This document shows positions 47,292-57,879 of a stretch of DNA of 64,000 nucleotides, piece after piece. Below the pieces are notes generated by a model. That model was given only the letters and a program-made list of their open reading frames with translations. It did not search any database and had not been told where the DNA came from. Location of the stretch: assembly GCA_001179505.1 (NCBI GenBank), contig CDMY01000485.1, positions 1-64,000 of the forward strand, written 5' to 3'. Position 1 is the first letter of the stretch; the number at the start of each line of letters is the position of its first letter. The DNA is from Vitrella brassicaformis CCMP3155 (lineage: Eukaryota; Protista; Chromerida). A program made the translations under genes and the position numbers.

Positions 47292-48344
47292 CAATAGACA
47301 AGTGCATGGCTCCTGCATGAACACCATAACCGATCGTGATGGATGGCCCATGCAGATCTCAATCCGTCTGACGCCCATTCAGCTTTCTGCCCGGATGGCT
47401 GAAAGTCGACACAAATGAATATGGCTGCCCCCTCGTGGCGCCGCCAGTTAACCAGGGAGACAGAGAGAGATACACTTAAAGGTTTGACTTGAGGGATGTG
47501 TGTGGTCCAACGGTGCATGGTCCAAATCCACAACGCACGGACAGAGACACACACAGACATGCCGTCATGCACATCACACACGGATGCATCACACAGACAG
47601 ACAGGCAGTGTGTTCGCATGGAGCAAGTCACTTCGGCCTCTGAGCAGGCAAGCCAAGTCAAAAGGGGTCGATGATGAGGCGGGCGGCAACCCCCTCCTCT
47701 CCTTCTGCCGCCATCACGCCCGTGTGTGACCCGACTCGACGTGCCGCGATGCCCACACACACAATGAGTGTGCAACGGCGGCGACACGGTAGGCCGGCCC
47801 CTCTTATGTGGTGGTAGCCTCTCTGTCTTTCTGGCTAGACCGACCCTCACGGTGGCATGGCACTTGCCGCTGGCTGGGTGGTATGGTCATTCTTCACATG
47901 AGGCAGTGGGCACAATATGGGTTTTTGACAAATGTAGCCGCCCGACGCAGACAGGCAGGCAGGCAGGCAGTGAGAGAGCGACGGGTGGACGCATTGCAGG
48001 CATGCAGTACATAAGCTAAGTGCAGCACCAGCTGGCTGATCGACCCTGGCTGGCTGGCTGGTTTCGTGGGCTCATCTCTTCTTCCCTTCTCATCGCCTCT
48101 GCCCCTCACTCCCGCCGATCCCCACTGTCCATCTCTGTCTGTCGTGTCATCTGTTCTGTCGAGTGCGTGTGTGTGGGGGCGACGATCCAAAATAGAGTGA
48201 GGGCATCAGCAAGGCACCGTGTGCAATTCACCGCAGTGGCAGCCAGGTCAAAGGGTAGCCAGCCAGGCAGCTGAGCGGCAGAGAAGGATAGGCAACCGAG
48301 TAAGTGCATGTGTGTGTGTGGATCGGCAGAAACCAGTTAGTCCG

Positions 48345-48550
48345 TGGTGGAGATGGAGGCTGACGGAGATGGAGGCAAGGATGGAGGGGCACATCAAAGA
48401 GATCAAGGCGAAGATCAAATAGGCGGCGTGAGACACCAACTGACTGCACGGCCTCTTGGTGAACAAGATACACCAAACGTGATGGATGGTCCGTGCAGAC
48501 GTCAAGCAGACATGCATGTGACTCAATCTGTCTGACGCCCATTCAGCTTC
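48345..48550 (+). repeat. Solo duplicate of the TRP channel C-terminal end and 3' flank
   Basis: RLTEMEARMEGHIKEIKAKIK* ends at 48422, followed by a 3' flank matching the reverse complement of about 59330-59440. Confidence 0.75.
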
Positions 48551-49019
48551 CAAATTCATAAGTGGCCTCTGCCCGACTGACGCTCTGTTTTCGGTCAACC
48601 AATGCAAACGAACGAACACGTGAGGTCAGACATCAAGGAAGGGCCTTGATCGCATAGCACCACCCAAATCAATCATGAAACGATGACATCGATGGAAGTG
48701 CCAACACATAAGCCGTGGTGGCTCCCCAACATCTCGTACAATATATATGTATGTATATACGTGTACGTAGACGCCCCTCCGTCCGTCCAGGCGCACACTG
48801 GACATCCTGCCTGCCCTCCCTCCCTGCCTGCCTGCCTGTTACCTAAAACAGCCAGACGCCAGCAACACTATCTGCAACACATCACAAATCGATCAACGGA
48901 CACGTGTGTGTGTGAGCGCAACTTTTGTTGTGGCGCCTGTCCCTCCACTGACCTTTTCCACATGTCCGTGTGGAATAGAAGATGTCGACGTGGTGCCACG
49001 TTGCGCTCCTAGTGAGTCA

Positions 49020-49240
49020 CCACAGACTTGCGCGTGCCGCAAGAGCCCTGGATGATGCACGTGAGCCAGCACCGCAGACGCGGCCGGCTCGTTGTGACCA
49101 CAGCATATGGTTGGTGGGTGTATGAATGTTCCTTCCAACCAGCACTCGGGTTAATGAGCCTGCATGGACAACGGCGAGAAGGCCAGCCCGAGCTCCTGCT
49201 CGTTGACGCCCCTCGGCAAGTTGCGGATCAGCAGCGCACA
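49020..49240 (-). pseudogene. Possible degenerate RRM fragment
   Basis: ALLIRNLPRGVNEQELGLAFSP resembles RNP2 plus helix 1. It continues in a shifted frame as GSLTRVLVGRNIHT. No clear RNP1 motif. Confidence 0.3.
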
Positions 49241-50656
49241 CGGCCTAGCGGCGCTTTGTGACCACACCCTGCCGCTTGCCCGCCCGGGGTGGCGACGGAC
49301 AGCAGGCCCTGTGGTGGTGGTGGGTGCCGCGGCCATGCTGGCGGAGGGGTCGTAGGGGCGGTTCACTGCAGTGCTGGCGTCCATCCCTCGTCCCCTCACC
49401 CTGCCGCACCGCATGCAGCCGGCAGTCCTTCCGCAGCTGCGATGCGCCGCTCACTCATTCACAAGATGCATCCACCTGAGCAGGCAACAGCCCATGGGCA
49501 ACAGCCATACAAGAGTGATGTGGGCTCATCTCCTGACTGCTCACCGGGCAGAGGAGAGTGATGCTGGTTGGAACCAAGCAGCAGTGTGATGGATGTCGCT
49601 CGTAAAGAAGACCTTGACGTCCGACAAGATGAGGGCTGATGCCTTGATGGTCCGCTCACATTGATTTCCAAGGCAGTAGCCAACTCAAGAGCCAACTCGT
49701 CATGGTCCTCACAACCGCGGATGACTGCAAACAGGAGAGAATAGAGGCGTGACTGCGTCCTGTCCATCCTCCTTGCCCAGAGTCCCTACCTGTGTGAGCT
49801 CGGACCTTTCCTCTTTCCCTCCCCTCCTCCCCCGTGCGAGCTAAGCTGAAAAAGCTCGCAATCGCGACGAGGTGCTGGAGAACCTGAAAGGCTATCTGCC
49901 ATCCAGCGACACGTCCACTGATCGTCTGCAGCTGCAGCGTGTCCGTCTAGACGGGTCCGACGCAGATGGAGCACCGCAACGGGTCTGACGCCGCACCCCG
50001 TGACCAGCGTCTGATACAAAGGTGAGCACCACGGAGACAGGGACGGGGAGCGAGCAGCGGGACTGACGCAACCGCCGGCTGTCTCGCCGGCTCCCCACGA
50101 CAGTGCACGCTGCATGTGGACGTTGACGCAATCGCTGACGTGTGGCTGCGATGTGGTGGTCTGTGCTGCAGGTGTAGAAGCCTCGCTGTACGTCTCTGAG
50201 ACCCTCGTGAGGCACCCGTGACTTGTCAGACCCTCCATCGACCACCTCTCGGCGTCTCGGCACTGCTTGTCCCTCCTCAGCTCCCTGTGACACTTCTCGG
50301 CGACCCACCAAGGAGGGCGGCAGCACGTCAGGCGAGCGCCAAAACCGTCCTCTGCTATCCGTCTCGGCGTAGAAGAAACGCATAGGCCAACCGGGCCACT
50401 CAGCCACCAAGCCAGCTGCGGTTGACAGCTGTTGGCGGAGGAGGACACTCGCTCACTGCCCACTCACTGTGGCGTGAGTCGTTCCATCGGATTGTCTTAG
50501 CCTTCAGCAAGCGGAGCGCTTGCTTGGTTGTCGTCGGCGGGAGCACTTCGTCCAGCCACAGCCTTCCGACCAACCGACCTACTGAGCACGTTTGTCTATA
50601 TTTCCTGATCGACCATCGGTCAGCTGGATCCTGCTATCGATCCATCGAGTAGAAGA

Positions 50657-53600
50657 ATGTCGTTGTCGCCGCTCCCGAGCGGCCTGCAGATGGAGTCTCC
50701 TCCCGACACCAACCCCGAACAACAAGGTGAGCCGTCACCCACACACCACGACACCACACAAGACGCCACTGTGTGTGTGGTCTTGTGGTGTGTGGCGGTG
50801 TTCAGGAGACATGAGCCAGGAGGGTATCTCGGCTGGTGTGATGGATGACGCTGCTGCGATAGAGGCCGAGAAGCCTGTTGAAGCTGATGCCGCCCAGCCA
50901 GCAGGGCCATCAGAGAAAAGCGCCACGGAGGGAGAGAGGGGACAGGAGACGACACACGGCATGAAAGGTCAGGCAACTCACCAGCCGACACACAGCAACA
51001 CTCGTCTCATCCTATGTGTGTATGTGTGTGATGTGTGGGCAGATTCCCTGTGTCCACCCCTTCTGGCTCCCTCGGCTACACCATCACCGGCTGCCGACAC
51101 ATCCGCCCCCAAACCACAGCCGCAGCCACTAGTAGCGTCGATCGGAGATACCATGACGGCCACCCGTGCCGCATCAGATGTCTTCCCCACCCCGCCCACC
51201 GACACCACCAACACCACAGCGCCACTCTACGCCCCCATCGGCCGCACCGCAGACCCCCTTCCGAGCGCCAGTAGCAAGCTGCCGCCCCTTCCCGAGCCAT
51301 CGGCCACGTCGACGGGCGCCTTCAGCCTGTTTGGTGGCGGCGGCTCTTCCCTCTTCTCACAGCCGCCCCCGACGGCCAGCATGGCGTCCATCGGCGAGTC
51401 GGCGTCGACATCGTGGGGGGACCACGACTCCATCCAGATGCTCAAATCCATTTGGAAGGGACCACTGCCGTCATCGGACACCAACACCATCGGCACAACA
51501 GCCGCAGCCGCAGCCAAGGCACCGGGCGCCGATGTCGGGGGCGGTCTGATGCCCTCCTCCTCCAGCACGCTGAGCACGGCCGTGACGGGCATGTCGCAGG
51601 CTGCACCGCCCACACCCACCGATGCCAACGGCCGCACACCCACCGGGCTGCGGACGCCTGAGGGCGCCGTGTCGTCCTCTACCGGTGCTTCGGGTGCATC
51701 AGGTGTGCAGCGCATCGGGCAGGGTCAGCCACCGCCGGTCGGCGACGGTCCGACCAAGATAGAGTCTGGCATTTTGAAGGAGCTGCTGCGGCTCGGGAAG
51801 CTGGCACAGAGCAATCCCGCCATGGCTGAAGGACTGCTAGGTGACTTCACAGCACGGACAACACGAAAGCCACGCGCAGACGCAAAATGTCGTGATGTGT
51901 CGTGATGTGTTGTGGTCGTGATGTGTGTGCAGTAGGCAAGGATGACATGACCATGTTGTCGGTGTTGGCCAAGGCGCTGGCCAACGGGGCGCTGACGACC
52001 GAACAGCTGCAGGAAATCCTCATCAAGCCAGGCGCCGCCAACGAACCCAAACACGTTCGGACCACTGCCGCCGGTGCTGCCCCTGCCGCAGTTTCTGGTG
52101 GCGTTGCACCAGGAGATATCTCAACTGCATCGCAGTAAGCACATAACACAAACCACAGAGACACACCCAGGGCAGCAGCATCTGTATTGCCCTCTCTTCA
52201 TGTCGTGTGTTGGATCGCTCCCTCAGCTTTGCGCTCCCTCAGCGCGCGACGTCTCACCCCTCTAGCGACTCGTCAGAGCGCCCGTCGACCATCCAGGCCA
52301 CATCGCCCTCCCAGCCCCCTCCCCCTCCCCCCGCACAGACCCCACCGCCCCTCCACCACCAGCAGCTGGGGGGCCACACCCCCTCATCCGCCAGCACTGT
52401 CGCGCGAGGCATCGATGCTGCTGGTGCCGCCGGTGCGGGTGCGTTTCCCCCGTCCAGTGAGGGCACTCCCCAACTGAACAAGAGCCAGCAGGCCATGCGC
52501 GACCTGCTGGCCAACGAGGTGCGCAAGACCATCTCCATCAACTCTGAGGAGCTCCCGTTGCCGCGGCTCTACACGCAGCCCAAGGCGGCGCCACCCGTAC
52601 CGAATCTTCTGGGCGCCGCCGCTGCGACGCGCCCGCAGATTCCCCGGCCGCGGCCCACTGAGGTGCCTTACGCGGCCAGCCTGCCGGTGCAGCAGCAGCT
52701 CCAGTCTACGGGGCGGCCCACCGTCCCCCTCCCGCCCGGCGTGAGTGCCGCTACGCTCACTGCCACCACTCTGCTGCTGCAGCGGGGCCCTCCCTCTCTG
52801 CTGGGCGCCGCGCCAGGCGTCCCCAAGAGGCCCCAGCCACCCCCACCACAGCTACCACAACTGCCGCATCACTCCCCCCAGGCGCCCCAGCCGCCACGCC
52901 CGAGGCCCCCACCGCTGTCGACCCTCCAGCTGCCAGCCTACGCGGGCGGCGGGCCGGGGACGCCAGGTCAGCGGGTCAAGCCGCCAGGCGAGCGTCCGCT
53001 GACCAAGATCGACCCCACCATCATCAACCGACTCGTCGACGTGGTGCGGCAGGCCCTCAGCGAGCCGGTGGAGATCGGAAGGGCACGGCTGGAGCAGGCT
53101 GTGCAGCAGGTGGGTGGGGTGGGCGTGTTGGCCTCGCTCCTCACCATGGCCGTCGCGCAGCCTGGCGGGCCCCCTGGGGGGGCGCCTGCGCGGCCCCGGT
53201 CGCCGTCAGTGCCGGCTGACTCTCATGGAGCGAATCTCGCGTCGAGGCTGATGACCAGTTTGGCTGCGTTGGACTCGGCCAGCGCGTCTGCACCGACGCC
53301 CCCTCCCTCGTCCACCAAGCCGCCCGACTTCTCGCCTCCCACGCCCACATCGACGTCCGGTTTGATGCTTCCCCAGCCACCCCCTCCACCGGCCAGTGAC
53401 ATGCTGGCGAGCCTCATGGCGGTTGGCGGCGCTGCTGGCCCACCGCCCATGACGCCTCCGTCGATGCAGCCTGACGACTGGGGCTACAGCCGGTCGCGGC
53501 AGCCGCAGCCGCAGAGCCCTCACAGCATGCACCTGTCCGACCTGACCGACATCAACGCCCTCAACCAGAAGTTGCTCCGCCAGCAGGCGGCTGCGGCTGC

Positions 53601-56426
53601 AGCTGCTGCAGCAGCGACATCGGCATCGGCGTCCCCCCCGCCCCCATCTCCACCGCCAGGCTTCGGCCCACCACCGGGGTTCGACGAGCCCAACGAGATG
53701 GTGGGGTTGAGTGCCGGGCCACTGACACTCCCGGCCCCAGTGCAGGGTTCGGCGCTGGCCACATCCAGCAGTCTCAATGCCGACGCGCCTCCTTTCACTA
53801 TGCCCGAGACCAGCACGAGCCTCCCTGACGTGTCAAAGCCGCCGCCGGTGCCCGAGGACGCGCAGCCGCAGGGGCCGGACAAGCAGCTCATCATCGACTC
53901 GCTGCTGGACAGCATCGGGGCCGCCGAGGTGGGCGTGGGCGGCGCATCGGTGTCTGCTGAGGAGGGGGGAGAGAGCAGTGTGGGCGATGTGGCGGGGGAG
54001 GTGGCGAGCAGTGTGCCGGTGGTGGAGCGGGCGCCGTCGCCCTCTGCGGTGCCGCCATACGCCTTCCCCCCTCACCCACGTGAGGCGTCCGAGACGGCAG
54101 AAGCAAAGATCCACTCACTCTTCACCGGTAAGAGGGGACTAGGCGGGAGACGACCAACACGCACACACCGCAATGCATCCTCATCTCGTGTTGTGATGCG
54201 TTGTGTTGTGTTGTGTGTGTTCAGAGTCGCCCAAGGCGGCCAAGAGTGAGCCTGTCAAGGTGCCCTCACCGTCGGCCTCCCTCCCGCCCCCCTCACCCAT
54301 CCCCCACTACGAGTGCGACGACGCCTCACCCAAGTCCATCAGCACCGTGTCCGACACCAACGACGGCACCGTCATTGTGATCGTGGAGCACCACCGAGCC
54401 GTCGACGTGACGGTGGAGGGTGCGGTGCAGACCCTCAACAATGTCGAGTCGTTCGTGTTTGCGTCGGCTGAGGTCAGGCCGGGCGACAGCGTCAGCACCC
54501 TGATGAGGGCGGCGGCCTCTCGGCCCGGTGTCGAGACACAGGGGCCGCTGGTGCCGGTGCACCCCGACGGCAGCCCCGTGACCCATCCCAACATCACCCG
54601 CTGCCGTGACGTGGGCGTCGTTGTCGAGAGGGAGAGCAGCCGCCACCTGCTGTGCTTCATCAAGCCGCGCGCCAAGCCGCCCACGGGGGGCAGCACCGAG
54701 GGCAAGGTCACCATCCTCGTGCTCAAGTGGGATGTGGACCCCGAGAAGCGCTACGAGCCTGACAACAAGCTGGTGGAGACCGAGGACTTCCACTCCGGTT
54801 CGAAGATATCGGAGGTGGTGAGGCTCGTCAACGACCAGTATCCCCGGCACATGTTCATGGCCGTCGGCCTGGATGGCAAGGCGCTCCCCAAACCGGGCGA
54901 GAAGACGGTCAGCGTGGCTGAGGAGAAGTACTCCATCGCAGAGGAGAACGAGGAGGGCGAGATGGAGGAGCGGACCGTATACGTGTTGTACGTCAAGAGC
55001 ATGAAGGCACACGACCCCGACAAGGGACCCCTCCGCATTGCTGCGCCCGAAGCGGTGAGTCAATGGGTGGCCGAGGGCGAGGGACAGAACAGGGCACAAC
55101 ACAACACAAAACACATTTCGGCACCCCCTCACTCCTTCTCTCTGATGTGTCTGTGTGTCTCTCAGGGTCTGCATCGACATGTCAGCGGCGCCCAGACCCT
55201 GACAGAAGACCGCGACGGTGAGTCCAGCCGCTCCAGCCGTGACGCGGGCAACCGCTCCCTCACCTACCCCGACCTCGACAGCGCATGGGAGGAGTACTCA
55301 GGCCGCCAGCACGACCACCGCGACCGAGACCCAGAGGACTACGCCTCCTTCCACAAGAACTCCTACCGCCGGGATGGCACCTTCCAGCCCGTCGGAAGCA
55401 AGCGCAGCGGCAAAAGCGGTCGCTCCCGCTCCAAGGGCGGCTCGTCATCACGCGATGACTCCTTCTACGATGAGGGCGACTATGACGGCTATGGCGACTA
55501 CGGTGACCGCGCCGGCATGCGCAGCCAGTGGGAGTACGACACCAAGACAGACCAGAGCGGCCGCAAGCGCAACAGGCGACGCGACACGCTGTCAGACGAC
55601 CGATGGGGTGACCCTCCCGAGGCATCCAGCCGCTCCAAGGGCCGGCAGGGGTCGCGCCCTCGCCAGTGGGACAACGACGACACAGGCGGGTTCTCGCCCA
55701 ACGTNNNNNNNNNNNNNNNNNNNNNNNNNNNNNNNNNNNNNNNNNNNNNNNNNNNNNNNNNNNNNNNNNNNNNNNNNNNNNNNNNNNNNNNNNNNNNNNN
55801 NNNNNNNNNNNNNNNNNNNNNNNNNNNNNNNNNNNNNNNNNNNNNNNNNNNNNNNNNNNNNNNNNNNNNNNNNNNNNNNNNNNNNNNNNNNNNNNNNNNN
55901 NNNNNNNNNNNNNNNNNNNNNNNNNNNNNNNNNNNNNNNNNNNNNNNNNNNNNNNNNNNNNNNNNNNNNNNNNNNNNNNNNNNNNNNNNNNNNNNNNNNN
56001 NNNNGCGGGTTCTCGCCCAACGTGAGTGCCATCCTGGGGCTGCCGACCAGGCGTGAGAAGGGCGAGGCGGGCCGCACCGTCCGGCGCAACAACAACACCG
56101 ACTCGCTGTGGATGAAGAAGTCGTCAGAGGAGGAGATGTCCAGCGAGGGGGGCGGTGGGCCGACCACCACGTCGGCTGGGCCACGCGCGGCCGAGACTAG
56201 CAGTGGTAGTGGTGTGGGGGATGACGAGGGCAAGAAGGGGGCTTCTCGCGGTGCCAAGGGGGCTGCAGCATCAGCATCAGCCGCAGCAGGGTCGGCTCGC
56301 GAGCGGCCGTGGGATCGGCCGGCGGGTTCTAAGTGGGTGGCCAAGAGCGACGGGACACCCAAGGCCACGTCGCCATCGTCTGTGGCGGACGGGGGCGAAG
56401 CTGATACCAGCAATACGGACGCTTGA
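50657..56426 (+). CDS. Large Pro/Ser/Ala-rich protein with two putative ubiquitin-like domains and an Arg/Asp/Ser-rich tail; spans an assembly gap
   Basis: Long open exons at 51.04-51.9 kb, 52.23-54.13 kb, 54.23-55.05 kb and 55.17-56.43 kb, separated by (GT)-rich GT-AG introns. Mostly low complexity. Folded-looking region at 54368-55000. Confidence 0.65.
55705..56004. other. Assembly gap (300 N)
   Basis: Run of n. The 19-mer gcgggttctcgcccaacgt lies on both sides (55686-55704 and 56005-56023). Confidence 0.98.
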
Positions 56427-57879
56427 TCCGTCCTTGATACCCAAAGGCGTGCGCCATCTAGTCTATATGTAAGTGAAGTGCAACGACACAACGACACAAA
56501 CCAGCCACTGGCAGTCCAGCCGCTTTCATGGTCTTTGTGTGTGCGGTGTCAGGCATGTGGTGTGACTGATGTACTGCGTACTGAGCGTCTCTCCTCTTCT
56601 CGTCTCGTCTCGTCTCGTCGTCTTTTTGACCATGTTTTTGCCTCAGGCGTCCGCCACGGAGCCCACGCGCTCGCGCATTCATTGATTCTTTCGACACTAG
56701 GGAACTCTCTCTACACTACTTGCTCACTGACTACTACTACTACACACCTTTTCTACCCTGCCTCTTAACTGCCTGCTTGCCTCTCTGCTCATCTCTCCCT
56801 TCCTGCCTGTGTGTGCCTGTGTGTGTGTGTGTGTGTGTGTGAATCCATCATATGTCCGTAACGGTATTTGGTCTCAATTAAGCATGGCAAGCCGGACAGC
56901 AGCCAGCCAGCCGACCGAGCACAAGTGCAAGCCGCAAAGCAAGGAGGGCGGACAGGCCAGCCCTGTTCTCCCGTCCCGTCCGTCGATTTTCTTCTCAGTC
57001 TCGCCTGCCCATCTGTCTGTCTAGCATCGCTGCCTCCCTGCGACGGTCGGGGTGGTGGGTGTGGCGGGCGCAGGCAGGGGCGAGTGCCTGCCTGCCTGCC
57101 ACGGTGTGGTGTGGTGTGGTGTGTCTGTCTTTGTCTAGACGGTGTATGTGTGTGCGAGGGCTTATACAGGTGCTAGAGGCAGCGAGACGTATCGGCTTGG
57201 TCGGCTGGGCCCATTACTTTCCTATACATTCAACCTGCGTGCTTATGTATCCATGCCTGTCTGTGCGTGAGTGTCCATCCATGGATGAGTGAGTGAGCGG
57301 AAGACATAATGCATATGTGTGCATCGGATTGCGGGGCGGGAGTGGTGGGTGGGGGAGTGGGGGTGGGCGGGTCCCTCTCTCTCTTTCTAGCCTCCTCGTC
57401 TCTCTCCCTATTCCATCTGCCCGACCGCCCCCAATGCACGCTGCGTCTGTTGTCTGTCCACGACATACCCATGTCCTTTTCTTTCTTTTCCCCCCTCCCT
57501 CCTAAGGTTCTTTGCTGTAGGCGTGGCGTGGCGGCGGCCGCTACTCGCCACCTCTCGAGTAGCGGTGCTGCCCGCCACTGTCTGTTTCGTTGAACGCCTT
57601 CCCTCCCCGATAATGCCTGGCTGGCTGGTTGGCTGCTGCTGAATGAGTGGGTGAGAGGGGGCGGGCTGCTTGCTTTGATAAGAGGGGGCTGGGTATGGTG
57701 AGCTGCTGTGTGTTTGTCTTGACCTGCAATTGATGATCGGCTGCTGTTCTGCATGACTGCTTGCTTGAATGGTTGTTGAAGAAAACCGGCTGGCTGAGCG
57801 AGTCGAATGCCTGCCTGCCTGCCTCCTAACTAACTGACTGACTGACTGTTTCTTGCCTTAATTGTCCAAAGCTTTATCG

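Larger units (their letters stand above)
36850..48345. repeat. Tandem segmental duplication, unit 2: [BTB-FKBP(-), F-box-like(+), full ankyrin-TRP(+)]
   Basis: Colinear with 28194-36830, and contains the channel exons missing from unit 1. Confidence 0.85.

Noticed and set aside
49786-50463. 225-aa and 172-aa minus-strand ORFs
   Set aside because: No recognisable domain or convincing splice structure, so they were left uncalled.
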